Origin: a virus | Lineage: Duplodnaviria; Heunggongvirae; Uroviricota; Caudoviricetes | Length of the DNA stretch: 46,473 bases | IMG/VR virus record: IMGVR_UViG_2563366824_000001 | Strand: one strand, 5' to 3' | Shown: positions 9,097 through 19,337 of the stretch, piece after piece | Position numbering within the stretch: position 1 is the first letter of the stretch | How the letters are laid out: every line of letters begins with the position of its first letter | Program-made: the position numbers and the translations under genes | Notes under the pieces: model-generated | What the model saw: only the letters and a program-made list of their open reading frames with translations | The model's database searches: none | Told to the model about the DNA's origin: nothing

Positions 9097-10027
9097 ATTA
9101 ACCGGCTATGTATGGGATGGTTGCGCAGCGTCAGGCATGAAATTATCCAGCGTGGCAATTATGGCCCGCCTGGCTGATTTCAGTAATGACGAAGGTGTGT
9201 GCTGGCCATCGATTGAAACCATTGCCCGCCAGATTGGCGCGGGGATGAGTACAGTCAGAACGGCTATCGCACGGCTGGAAGCAGAAGGCTGGTTAACGCG
9301 TAAGGCGCGTCGCCAGGGTAACCGCAATGCGTCGAATGTTTATCAGCTTAACGTTGCGAAGCTTCAGGCTGCGGCATTTTCTCAACTGTCAGATTCTGAC
9401 CCGTCAAAATCTGACGCATCAAAATCTGACCCGTCAAAATTTGATGCGTCGAAATCTGGCAAAAAAGCGGGTTTTCACCCGTCAGAATCTGGCGGGGATC
9501 CGTCAGTAAAATCAAAACATGATCCGTCAGATAAAAAACCTTCTCGTCCGGACGCTTCGCAACCGGACACGCAGACGGCTGAACAGGATTTTTTAACTCG
9601 CCATCCTGATGCGGTTGTATTCAGCCCTAAAAAGCGCCAGTGGGGGACGCAGGATGATTTGACCTGCGCACAGTGGCTCTGGAAAAAAATCATCGCCCTG
9701 TACGAGCAGGCTGCCGAATGTGACGGCGAGGTGGTTCGTCCCAAAGAACCGAACTGGACAGCCTGGGCAAACGAAATTCGCCTGATGTGTGTGCAGGATG
9801 GTCGTACTCACAAACAAATCTGCGAGATGTACAGCCGCGTCAGCCGCGATCCGTTCTGGTGCCGTAACGTGCTCAGCCCGTCGAAGCTGCGGGAAAAATG
9901 GGATGAGCTTTCCCTGCGCTTATCGCCGTCCGTAAGCACGTACACCGAAAAACGCGAAGACGCGTACTTCAAAGCCAGTTACGACAACGTGGACTACAGC
10001 CAGATCCCGGCAGGATTCAGGGGGTAA
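9086..10027 (+). CDS. Replication initiation protein (lambda O-like function; N-terminal winged HTH) containing the origin iterons
   Basis: 313 aa; SD gaggt; N-terminal HTH (IETIARQIGAGMSTVRTAIARLEAEGWL); internal 15-bp DNA iterons encode the SDSDPSKSDASKSDPSKFDASKS peptide repeat. Confidence 0.75.
   Translation: MSTKLTGYVWDGCAASGMKLSSVAIMARLADFSNDEGVCWPSIETIARQIGAGMSTVRTAIARLEAEGWLTRKARRQGNRNASNVYQLNVAKLQAAAFSQLSDSDPSKSDASKSDPSKFDASKSGKKAGFHPSESGGDPSVKSKHDPSDKKPSRPDASQPDTQTAEQDFLTRHPDAVVFSPKKRQWGTQDDLTCAQWLWKKIIALYEQAAECDGEVVRPKEPNWTAWANEIRLMCVQDGRTHKQICEMYSRVSRDPFWCRNVLSPSKLREKWDELSLRLSPSVSTYTEKREDAYFKASYDNVDYSQIPAGFRG
9386..9460. repeat. Iteron array (about five 15-bp tandem repeats, consensus CCGTCAAAATCTGAC) followed by an A-rich tract; candidate ori
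   Basis: Seen directly: ctgtcagattctgac / ccgtcaaaatctgac / gcatcaaaatctgac / ccgtcaaaatttgat / gcgtcgaaatctggc, with further copies at 9478..9535. Confidence 0.65.
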
Positions 10028-10029
10028 TC

Positions 10030-10518
10030 ATGAGTCTTTTGAATGAAGTTCAGAAATTCATTGAAGCCCATCCGGGGTGTACTTCCGGAGACATTGCGGA
10101 TGCTTTTGCAGGCTACTCACGGCAGCGCGTTCTGCAGTCAGCAAGCAAGTTACGTCAGAGTGGGCGTGTGGCTCACCGTTGTGAAGGGGATACACGCAGA
10201 CATTTCCCGCGCCTGACTGAGAGAGCGCAGGAGCCGGAACCACAACCAGTTCGTGAAACCAGACCTGCGCGCAATTTCTATGTCGGCACTAACGATCCCC
10301 GGGTGATTTTGTGCCTGACCCGCCAGGCTGAAGAACTGGAGTCAAGGGGCTTATACCGTCGTGCTGCAACCGTGTGGATGGCGGCATTCCGTGAAAGCCA
10401 CTCCCAGCCAGAACGAAACAATTTTCTGACGCGTCGTGAGCGGTGCTTACGGAAAAGCAGCAAGCGCGCTGCATCGGGTGAAGAGTGGTATCTGTCAGGG
10501 AATTACGTGGGGGCTTAA
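10030..10518 (+). CDS. PerC-family-like putative regulator (YfdN-like)
   Basis: 162 aa; C-terminal AEELESRGLYRRAATVWMAAF resembles the PerC motif as I remember it; N-terminal winged-helix-like region. Confidence 0.5.
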   Translation: MSLLNEVQKFIEAHPGCTSGDIADAFAGYSRQRVLQSASKLRQSGRVAHRCEGDTRRHFPRLTERAQEPEPQPVRETRPARNFYVGTNDPRVILCLTRQAEELESRGLYRRAATVWMAAFRESHSQPERNNFLTRRERCLRKSSKRAASGEEWYLSGNYVGA

Positions 10519-11171
10519 TGAGTAATAAATATTGCCAGGCGCTGGTGGAACTGCGGAACAAACCAGCCCATGAACTGAAGGAAGTGGGCGATCAGTGGCG
10601 CACGCCGGACAACATTTTCTGGGGAATTAACACCCTGTTTGGCCCGTTTGTTCTGGATCTGTTCACTGACGGTGATAACGCCAAATGTGCTGCGTATTAC
10701 ACGGCGGAAGACAACGCGCTGGCGCATGACTGGTCAGAACGTCTTGCGGAGCTTAAAGGGGCTGCCTTTGGTAATCCCCCATACAGCCGCGCCAGTCAGC
10801 ATGAGGGGCAATACATCACCGGCATGCGTTACATCATGAAACATGCCAGTGCCATGCGTGATAAGGGTGGGCGCTATGTTTTCCTGATCAAAGCTGCCAC
10901 CAGCGAAGTGTGGTGGCCGGAAGATGCAGACCATATTGCTTTTATTCGCGGGCGTATTGGTTTTGAACTGCCTGCCTGGTTTATCCCGAAGGATGAGAAG
11001 CAGGTGCCGACAGGCGCTTTCTTCGCTGGTGCTATTGCTGTTTTCGACAAGACCTGGAAGGGACCGGCAATCAGCTACATCGGGCGCGATGAACTTGAGG
11101 CATGTGGTGAGGCGTTTTTGGCGCAGGTTCGCCAGCAGGCAGAAAAACTTGTCAGGGAGATGGCGGCATGA
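10518..11171 (+). CDS. Phage DNA N6-adenine methyltransferase (Dam-type)
   Basis: GNPPYS catalytic motif; start ATG overlaps the preceding stop (TAATG); the six-frame ORF extends upstream to 10485. Confidence 0.8.
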   Translation: MSNKYCQALVELRNKPAHELKEVGDQWRTPDNIFWGINTLFGPFVLDLFTDGDNAKCAAYYTAEDNALAHDWSERLAELKGAAFGNPPYSRASQHEGQYITGMRYIMKHASAMRDKGGRYVFLIKAATSEVWWPEDADHIAFIRGRIGFELPAWFIPKDEKQVPTGAFFAGAIAVFDKTWKGPAISYIGRDELEACGEAFLAQVRQQAEKLVREMAA

Positions 11172-11494
11172 CGACGTTAACTCAGTGTCAGCAGCAGGTG
11201 CTGGATATGCTGATTTCTTACCAGCAAGAACGTGGCTTTCCGCCAACCAATCAGGAGGTGGCAACCATGCTGGGATACCGTTCAGTGAATGCAGCGGTGG
11301 AGCATCTTCGCGCACTGGAGAAAAAAGGCGTCATCACGATAAAGCGTGGTGTGGCCCGGGGGATCACGCTTCATACCGCGGTGAAGGACGACGACAGCGA
11401 GGCGGTCGGGATTATCCGCTCACTGCTTGCCGGTGAGGAAAACGCAAGGCTGCGTGCAACTCACTGGTTACATGAGAGAGGCCTGAAAGTATGA
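11168..11494 (+). CDS. LexA DNA-binding-domain-only protein (no S24 peptidase domain)
   Basis: 108 aa; LTQCQQQVLDML ... GFPPTNQEVATMLGYRSVNAAVEHLRALEKKGVITIKRGVARGITL is collinear with the LexA N-terminal winged HTH; no Ser/Lys peptidase domain follows; ATGA coupling. Confidence 0.7.
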   Translation: MTTLTQCQQQVLDMLISYQQERGFPPTNQEVATMLGYRSVNAAVEHLRALEKKGVITIKRGVARGITLHTAVKDDDSEAVGIIRSLLAGEENARLRATHWLHERGLKV

Positions 11495-11881
11495 AGCTGA
11501 TCCTGCCTTTCCCGCCCAGCGTGAACACGTACTGGCGACACCCCAACAAAGGGGCGTTTGCTGGTAAGAGCCTGATAAGCGCGGCGGGGCGAAAATTCCA
11601 GAGCGCGGCGTGCGCAGCAATAGTTGAGCAGTTACGTCGTCTGCCAAAACCAACGTCGGCACCTGCTTCAGTGGAGATCGTGTTGTTTCCTTCCGGATAA
11701 CCGGAGCCGCGATCTGGACAACTATAACAAGGCGCTGTTTGACGCCCTGACCCACGCGGGTGTGTGGGAAGACGACAGTCAGGTGAAAAGAATGCTGGTG
11801 GAGTGGGGACCGGTTATCCCGGAAGGGAAGGTCGAGATCACTATCAGTAAGTACGAGAAAACGGCGGGTGCAGCCGCCTGA
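11491..11881 (+). pseudogene. rusA: rusA (Holliday junction resolvase) split by a frameshift into 11491..11700 and 11624..11881
   Basis: N-terminal part MKLILPFPPSVNTYWRH... in one frame and RDLDNYNKALFDALTHAGVWEDDSQV... in the +1 frame; junction near gtgttgtttccttccggataa (11683..11700). Confidence 0.7.
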
Positions 11882-11900
11882 GCAAAAGGAGAAACGAAGT

Positions 11901-12710
11901 ATGAATAATCTGATGGTCATTGATGGTATTGAAGTTCGTCGTGATGCTTATGGGCGTTACAGCCTGAACGATCTGCATCGCGCAGCAGTAGCATCTGGTG
12001 CAAATGCCAGAACCAAGGAGCCAGGAAAGTTTCTTTCCAGCCAACAAACTGTTGAACTTGTTCATGAATTGACCAACACCCAGAATTTGGGTGTTGACCC
12101 GGTGAGTGTGATTCATGGGGGAAATGAACGGGGAACTTATGTCTGCAAGGAACTGGTGTATGCCTATGCAATGTGGATCAGCCCGTCATTCCATCTGAAG
12201 GTGATCCGTACTTTCGATATGGTAACCAGCGCACCGGAAAAATTATCCGGGCAGGCTGCTGACAAGATGCAGGCTGGAGTGATTCTGCTGGACTTTATGC
12301 GCAGGGAGTTAAACCTGTCTAACTCTTCAGTGCTTGGGGCCTGTCAGAAACTCCAGGAGGCTGTTGGCTTACCGAATCTGGCACCGCGCTATGCCATTGA
12401 TGCTCCTGCTGACGCGCCTGATGGCTCAAGCCGCCCCACGCTGTCACTGAGTGCATTGCTGAAGCAGTATGGTATCCGCCTGACAGCTAATCAGGCATAT
12501 CACCAGATGGTGAAGCTGGGGATCGTCGAGCAGCGCGAACGATACAGCCGTACCGCGATTAACAACATCAAAAAATTCTGGTCACTGACAGCGAAAGGCT
12601 GCATGTTCGGCAAGAACATCACCAGTCCCGCAAATCCGCGCGAGACGCAGCCGCATTTCTTCGAATCCCGATTCCCTGAGCTGTTAAAGCTGCTCGATAC
12701 CGTACATTGA
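11901..12710 (+). CDS. KilA-N domain protein (antirepressor-like)
   Basis: SD aaggag 7 nt before the ATG at 11901; N-terminal MNNLMVIDGIEVRRDAYGRYSLNDLHRAA ... LVYAYAMWISPSFHLKV typical of KilA-N. Confidence 0.7.
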   Translation: MNNLMVIDGIEVRRDAYGRYSLNDLHRAAVASGANARTKEPGKFLSSQQTVELVHELTNTQNLGVDPVSVIHGGNERGTYVCKELVYAYAMWISPSFHLKVIRTFDMVTSAPEKLSGQAADKMQAGVILLDFMRRELNLSNSSVLGACQKLQEAVGLPNLAPRYAIDAPADAPDGSSRPTLSLSALLKQYGIRLTANQAYHQMVKLGIVEQRERYSRTAINNIKKFWSLTAKGCMFGKNITSPANPRETQPHFFESRFPELLKLLDTVH

Positions 12711-12711
12711 G

Positions 12712-13707
12712 GTGACCGTGAGAGCACTACTGACCCCTGAAATTGCCCCGCGTATGGGGATCGTATTGTTCAGACCAGGTTCAGAGCTGATGCCCCTGTT
12801 TATGCAGGGGCGTGTCCTGCTGGAGCCTGAGCCGGAACGTTATTCATCTTTCGCCAGTGGTGCCGTTCCGGCGGCATCACAACCGCTGGCGGATGATCCT
12901 GCCGTTCGGGCCGTGTTCCGCAATGAGGCAGTGATTCGTCGTGCTGGTGGCGTGGAATGTCTTGAAAGCTGGTTACTTCGTGAAAAAGGCTGCCAGTGGC
13001 CTCATTCCGACTGGCACAGCGAGAACATGACAACAATGCGACACGCGCCGGGCGCAATCCGTCTGTGCTGGCACTGCGATAACCAGCTGCGTGATCAGTT
13101 CACGGAACGGCTGGAATCAATGGCAACGGATAACTGTGCCCGCTGGGTGTTGTCTGTTGTGCGTCGGGATCTCGGTTTTGATGATAGTCACGTTGTGACA
13201 ATGCCGGAACTGTGCTGGTGGCTGATTCGTAATGACCTGGCGGATGCCTTACCGGAAAGTGCAGCCCGTAAGGCACTGAGATTACCGAAGCCTGTTGTGC
13301 CGTCTGTCACCCGGGAAAGTGACCTTGTGCCTTCGGTTCCTGCCACCAGCATCATCCAGGATAAGGCGAAAAAGGTGCTGGCGCTGAAAGTGGATCCGGA
13401 GTCGCCGGAGTCTTTTATGTTACGCCCAAAACGTCGCCGCTGGGTTAATGAAAAGTACACGCGCTGGGTTAAGACACAGCCGTGTGCATGTTGTGGAAAG
13501 CCTGCTGATGATCCCCACCACCTGATAGGCCACGGTCAGGGTGGAATGGCTACAAAAGCGCATGACCTCTTTGTGTTGCCTTTGTGCAGAAAGCATCACG
13601 ACGAGCTGCATGCGGATACCGTGGCATTTGAAGAGAAGTATGGTTCCCAGCTGGAGCTGATATTTCGTTTTATCGATCGTGCGCTGGCAATAGGCGTACT
13701 GGCGTAA
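12712..13707 (+). CDS. DUF968-domain protein (YdfU-like, HNH-like Cys/His-rich C-terminus)
   Basis: C-terminal CACCGKP..DPHHL.GHGQGG...HDLFVLPLCRKHHDELH pattern; probable GTG start at 12712 or 12718. Confidence 0.7.
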   Translation: MTVRALLTPEIAPRMGIVLFRPGSELMPLFMQGRVLLEPEPERYSSFASGAVPAASQPLADDPAVRAVFRNEAVIRRAGGVECLESWLLREKGCQWPHSDWHSENMTTMRHAPGAIRLCWHCDNQLRDQFTERLESMATDNCARWVLSVVRRDLGFDDSHVVTMPELCWWLIRNDLADALPESAARKALRLPKPVVPSVTRESDLVPSVPATSIIQDKAKKVLALKVDPESPESFMLRPKRRRWVNEKYTRWVKTQPCACCGKPADDPHHLIGHGQGGMATKAHDLFVLPLCRKHHDELHADTVAFEEKYGSQLELIFRFIDRALAIGVLA

Positions 13708-13720
13708 GTGGAGAACGAGC

Positions 13721-14473
13721 ATGAACCTTGAAGCCTTACCGAAATATTACTCCCCGAAATCTCCAAAATTGAGCGATGACGCACCGGCGACAGGCTCTGG
13801 TGGTTTAACAATTACGGATGTAATGGCTGCGCAGGGGATGGTGCAGTCGAAAGCACCGCTTGGGTTTGCCTTATTCCTGGCAAAAGTTGGTGTTCAGGAT
13901 CCTCAGTTTGCGATTGAAGGTCTGCTCAATTACGCGATGGCACTGGATAACCCGACATTGAACAAATTGAGTGAAGAAACCCGGTTACAGATCATCCCTT
14001 ACCTTGTGAATTTTGCCTTTGCTGATTATTCCAGGTCTGCGGCAAGTAAGGCTCGCTGTGAGTATTGTGCTGGTACTGGATTTCATAATGTATTGCGCGA
14101 AGTGGTGAAACACTCCAGAAGTGGGGAATCTGTTATCAAGGAAGAGTGGGTGAAGGAACTATGTCAGCATTGCCATGGTAAGGGAGAAGTCAGCACAGCG
14201 TGCAGAGGGTGTAAGGGTAAAGGTATTGTCCTGGATGAAAAAAGGACCCGGCTTCATGGCGCGCCTGTTTATAAGATTTGTGGGCGTTGCAATGGAAACC
14301 GGTTTAGTCGTTTACCAACGACACTGGCGCGGTGTCATGTCCAGAAGCTGGTACCAGACCTGACTGATTATCAGTGGTACAAAGGATATGCAGATGTCAT
14401 TGATAAACTGGTTACAAAGTGCTGGCAGGAAGAAGCATATGCTGAGGTGCAATTAAGAAAAGTGACGAGATAA
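13721..14473 (+). CDS. Late-gene antiterminator Q-like protein (QuuQ/YdfT-like, four CxxCxGxG zinc-finger repeats)
   Basis: 250 aa; SD ggaga; CEYCAGTGF, CQHCHGKGE, CRGCKGKGI, CGRCNGNRF repeats; followed by a PR'/tR'-like unit and the lysis genes. Confidence 0.65.
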   Translation: MNLEALPKYYSPKSPKLSDDAPATGSGGLTITDVMAAQGMVQSKAPLGFALFLAKVGVQDPQFAIEGLLNYAMALDNPTLNKLSEETRLQIIPYLVNFAFADYSRSAASKARCEYCAGTGFHNVLREVVKHSRSGESVIKEEWVKELCQHCHGKGEVSTACRGCKGKGIVLDEKRTRLHGAPVYKICGRCNGNRFSRLPTTLARCHVQKLVPDLTDYQWYKGYADVIDKLVTKCWQEEAYAEVQLRKVTR

Positions 14474-14504
14474 ATGATTTTCGCCGAAGATGGCGACGTA
14501 ATGC

Positions 14505-14533
14505 TTGCATTTTTCAAAAAATATGGATAAAAT
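14505..14533 (+). promoter_or_regulatory. Candidate late promoter PR' (-35 TTGCAT, 17-bp spacer, -10 TAAAAT)
   Basis: Seen in sequence immediately downstream of the Q-like gene; the region up to the terminator would carry a qut-like site. Confidence 0.4.
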
Positions 14534-14577
14534 TCTTTCAACGATGGGCTTTATATACCCGACGTTAAGAAAAAGTA

Positions 14578-14606
14578 GAAAACCCGCTGATGAGCGGGTT
14601 TTTGTG
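14578..14606 (+). terminator. Rho-independent terminator (tR'-like), about 65 nt downstream of the candidate PR' start
   Basis: aacccgct-gatg-agcgggtt stem followed by TTTTT. Confidence 0.6.
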
Positions 14607-14888
14607 CTTTAAATAGGGTAATAGAGATGTTGAATCTCATTCCGGGATTCATGTTTGTTTACTTATTATTTATCGGGTGACTTTGCCTGATGTTTAAAAT
14701 GTTTTCTTCCAGTACTATGTCCCTAGATACAATGAGTCTGCATATTACATTATTAGCAGAGCTATTACGGTCAAAGTACAGCATAAGCTTTTAAAGCCAA
14801 TCAACCAGTCATCAAGACAGACGGGGTTATTCATGAAAACTCTCCATGTTTGATTCGATGGGGCCTGAAATTAAAGCTTTAATATAGC

Positions 14889-15101
14889 TCATGAAAGGTA
14901 AACATTGGCAGCTGAAGGGCCACGCAGACCATTTATCCGGCAAAATTCCACGCGTAATCCGGTGGTAATTTCTTCTGCATCGCGGAGATTGAGCGCTGAA
15001 ACATGAAGCTGGACATCGATACGACCATCGGATGGGGTGATAAGACCCTTGCCGCTTTTGCCGTCAAAGGTTTTGACAATTCCTGTCATTTTACGGGACA
15101 A
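14889..15101 (-). CDS. Cold-shock protein family member (CspF/CspH-like)
   Basis: 70 aa [27 protein letters not shown] ... [23 protein letters not shown] fold of the CspF/H subgroup. Confidence 0.85.
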
Positions 15102-15401
15102 AAAAATTCCTTAATACTGATAACTGGGCGCACTATACACACGTTCCTGAAGAAAGCTATAGTTTTTTGATGGGGTTGAAGATGGCTGGATGTCTAAAAT
15201 AAACATTGCTTCATATGTTCAACTATGCGTTAATGATTGCGTCGGTTTGAAGAACAGACGATATACGAAGTAGTTTACTAAAGCAGTTCTCATTTCAGGT
15301 GTTATTCACTTATTCCTTCTTTGAGTCTCTCCAATTAAGTACGAAGTCGTTTCTGTTATACAAGCCATTTATGCCGAAAGGCTCAAGTTAAGGAATGTAG
15401 A

Positions 15402-15617
15402 ATGTCAAATAAAATGACTGGTTTAGTAAAATGGTTTAACGCTGATAAAGGTTTTGGCTTTATTTCTCCTGTTGATGGTAGTAAAGATGTGTTTGTGCAT
15501 TTTTCTGCGATTCAGAATGATAATTTTCGAACCTTATTTGAAGGTCAAAAGGTTACCTTCTCTGTAGAGAGTGGTGCTAAAGGTCCTGCAGCAGCAAATG
15601 TCATAATTACTGATTAA
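15402..15617 (+). CDS. cspB: Cold-shock protein CspB-like
   Basis: 71 aa [67 protein letters not shown]; RNP1/RNP2 motifs present. Confidence 0.85.
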   Translation: MSNKMTGLVKWFNADKGFGFISPVDGSKDVFVHFSAIQNDNFRTLFEGQKVTFSVESGAKGPAAANVIITD

Positions 15618-15898
15618 AATTCATAGTTTGTCTGTATACGATAACGAAGAAGGCTGATGCCTGAGTGGAGATACAGACAGAGTGGTGAATATTGGATCTC
15701 TTTAATAAATAGTAAGGAGGTCCAATACATGAAACAATGGCCAGCATATTTGGCAATAACTTAATCAGGAAAAGTATGCTAACCATTGTGGTGAAGTGCA
15801 GGTTTGCTGCATGAATAGTTTTACAGCAGAAGCTAACTGCTGGCATAGCAAAACAAAGTGCGTAAGTGGATGACTCCCACAAAAAGTACCACAATATT

Positions 15899-15922
15899 AA
15901 ACCCGCTCAGGCGGGTTTTTTA
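15899..15922 (+). terminator. Rho-independent terminator
   Basis: acccgc-tcag-gcgggt followed by TTTTTT. Confidence 0.55.
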
Positions 15923-15980
15923 TTATCTGCTTTAAATATGTTATTAAAATATAAAAAATACTTGTTACGAATAAAATCAA

Positions 15981-16151
15981 TCAAGCTACAGCTTTAAGAT
16001 TTGTCTGGAATACTTTGTTGCAATGAGGGCAGATCAAAAGGGCACCTTTTTGTACTCTTGAAAAACTGTGTTCTGACTCTTGGGTGCAGTTTGGGCAGGA
16101 ACATTTAACGAGATAATTACGGCGTGATTTTGAGTCTTTACGTTCTGACAT
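15981..16151 (-). CDS. Small zinc-ribbon protein (YnfN-like)
   Basis: 56 aa from MSERKDSKSRRNYLVKCSCPNCTQESEH ... CPHCNK (CxxC ... CxxC); the longer six-frame ORF has an unlikely N-terminal extension. Confidence 0.5.
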   Translation of the reverse strand: MSERKDSKSRRNYLVKCSCPNCTQESEHSFSRVQKGALLICPHCNKVFQTNLKAVA

Positions 16152-16369
16152 AGGCTTTTCCTGTATAAATGGCCGTATACAGTACACTAAATATGAAAAC
16201 ATATCTCGTATTATTATTTAATATATGATTTTCTTTTAAAATAATTACCCACATTTTTAATGTGTCTGTTTTTTAGCGCCGTTGAGAACAACGTTTGCTA
16301 TAAAAACTAACCCATAGACTCCGATCTTTTCAAACATATTGCACCATCTGTGTACATCGGGGTGAGGAT

Positions 16370-16585
16370 ATGAAATCAATGGATAAGTTAACAACAGGTA
16401 TCGCCTATGGCACATCGGCTGGTAATGCTGGTTTCTGGGCATTGCAGTTACTCGATAAAGTAACTCCGTCACAGTGGGCTGCAATCGGTGTGCTGGGTAG
16501 TCTGGTTTTTGGCCTGCTGACGTATCTGACAAACCTTTATTTCAAGATTAAAGAAGACAGGCGTAAGGTTGCGAGAAGAGAGTAA
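16370..16585 (+). CDS. Class II holin (phage 21 S-type, EssD/EssQ-like)
   Basis: 71 aa [28 protein letters not shown] ... with two TM helices and a charged C-terminus; SD gaggat. Confidence 0.85.
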   Translation: MKSMDKLTTGIAYGTSAGNAGFWALQLLDKVTPSQWAAIGVLGSLVFGLLTYLTNLYFKIKEDRRKVARRE

Positions 16586-16589
16586 TCCA

Positions 16590-17141
16590 ATGACACAAGA
16601 CTATGAACTGGTTGTGAAAGGAGTCCGCAATTTTGAGAATAAAGTGGCGGTAACTGTAGCCTTACGGGACAAAAAACGCTTTGACGGTGAAATTTTTGAC
16701 CTGGACATCTCGCTGGACCGTGTTGAAGGTGCCGCGCTGGAGTTTTATGAGGCAGCAGCCAGAATGAGAATCAGACAGGTATTCCTGGATGTTGCTGCCG
16801 GGTTATGTGTAGGGGATGAGCAGTCGCCGGAAAAGCGCCCCATAATTTTAGAGGCGCAGAATGTGTGGATAACCTACAAAGGAAAGCTACCGGGAAGAAT
16901 TACTGGTTCTCTGAAGACGCCACCGACGGCATTGCGGTCAGAAAAAGATGATATTGAATCGCCCATTGAAAAACTGGAGGGCAGCGTCGCTGATCTGAAT
17001 AAAAAATTGTCGGTGCTGATCCCTTCTGAAGATGAAAAAAAACGCCGCGATGAGCAGTTTGCGGCGTTTTACGATTATTGCATTGAAGTTACTCGCAGGA
17101 ATTTTGTGAAGATTTTTGAGGAGGGTAAATCTCTTCAGTAA
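16590..17141 (+). CDS. Hypothetical protein between holin and endolysin (possibly YdfR/DUF1327-like)
   Basis: 183-aa ORF from MTQDYELVVKG...; family assignment from position and memory only. Confidence 0.5.
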   Translation: MTQDYELVVKGVRNFENKVAVTVALRDKKRFDGEIFDLDISLDRVEGAALEFYEAAARMRIRQVFLDVAAGLCVGDEQSPEKRPIILEAQNVWITYKGKLPGRITGSLKTPPTALRSEKDDIESPIEKLEGSVADLNKKLSVLIPSEDEKKRRDEQFAAFYDYCIEVTRRNFVKIFEEGKSLQ

Positions 17142-17355
17142 GCTTAATGGCGGACGCTGCAATTAATTCAGGAAGGTCCGCAAGGTCATCTGTCAGTGGA
17201 TATGATGAAAAATCGGCGGCAGTTCTGTTAAGAAGCGCTTTAACTAATTCCTTTTCCTTCTCCGGCAACAAGTTGATTAGAGCTACGACTGCTTGCCTGA
17301 GTGCGATTAAATCAGCAAAAGTTTGTTTTGGTAGATTTGTGTAATCCATAGTCAC
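17089..17355 (-). CDS. Possible small protein antisense/convergent to the 3' end of the preceding gene
   Basis: 88-aa ORF with helical, protein-like composition, but it overlaps the + strand gene by about 50 bp; may be spurious. Confidence 0.3.
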   Translation of the reverse strand: MTMDYTNLPKQTFADLIALRQAVVALINLLPEKEKELVKALLNRTAADFSSYPLTDDLADLPELIAASAIKLTEEIYPPQKSSQNSCE

Positions 17356-17462
17356 CTCTGTGTTTATCAGATTGACATCCTCCTCCCGCCAGTGCCCATC
17401 ACTGGTGAGGTAAGATTTAACATATCCGGGGATTTGAAGCCGATAAATCCTGATAAATATCC

Positions 17463-18490
<1,028 letters not shown>

Positions 18491-18850
18491 ATTAATATTA
18501 AATCGGATTATTTTTAGCGCTGAATGTGAAATTTAAATAAAAAGGACTCTTCCATGAGTCAAAATCCTTGAAATCTTAAGGGTAAGATAAAAGGTCATTA
18601 GACAGAATGACACGTTTTATTAATAAATAAAGCTATTGTTTCATTCGTGTGTTTTTCTTTACAAAAGTAATCCTTGCTATGGTTGGTTAATCATGCGTTA
18701 ATGGTGTTCTGGTTTGTTACAAAATTATCTGAAGCAGTCATTGTTATAATTTTATTATTTGTACCTCTTGAGATCTCCTTGTTGGTTTTTCTCTCTGATA
18801 TTTTTTTTCGGACCATTCTGCCCAAGGGCTAACTTCTTCAAAAGGTAATA

Positions 18851-19066
18851 ATGATGTCTAACAAAATGACTGGTTTAGTGAAATGGTTTAACCCTGAAAA
18901 AGGTTTTGGTTTCATCACGCCGAAAGATGGTAGCAAAGATGTGTTTGTCCATTTCTCAGTTATTCAGAGCAACGATTTCAAAACGTTAACTGAGAATCAG
19001 GAAGTCGAATTCGGTATTGAGAACGGACCTAAAGGCCCCGCGGCTGTTCATGTAGTGGCACTTTGA
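18851..19066 (+). CDS. cspI: Cold-shock protein CspI-like
   Basis: [71 protein letters not shown]; long AT-rich 5' leader upstream as in csp genes. Confidence 0.85.
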   Translation: MMSNKMTGLVKWFNPEKGFGFITPKDGSKDVFVHFSVIQSNDFKTLTENQEVEFGIENGPKGPAAVHVVAL

Positions 19067-19269
19067 GGTAGAAAATATTACAAACCATATTCACTTTAGA
19101 TGCCCGTGTTGCCATGGTTCTCAGTATAGAACATCATCTTTTGATGTTTCTGACAGGAATCCTTTCGGGGCAAAATGTATCTTTTGTAAATCAATGATGA
19201 TTACATTTGATAATATTTCACAATACTTAAATGTTAGCCGTCTGTCGTTAGATTTAAGAAAGTGAAAAT

Positions 19270-19294
19270 GAAGGCTCCTTCGGGAGCTTTTTTG
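19270..19294 (+). terminator. Rho-independent terminator after cspI
   Basis: ggctcc-ttcg-ggagc followed by TTTTTT. Confidence 0.6.
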
Positions 19295-19337
19295 CTTAGT
19301 GTCTAGTCGATGGATACTCACATATTACGGTAACATT

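Noticed and set aside
16257-16532. 91-aa minus-strand ORF overlapping the holin gene
   Set aside because: Antisense to a strongly supported S21-type holin; no start context.
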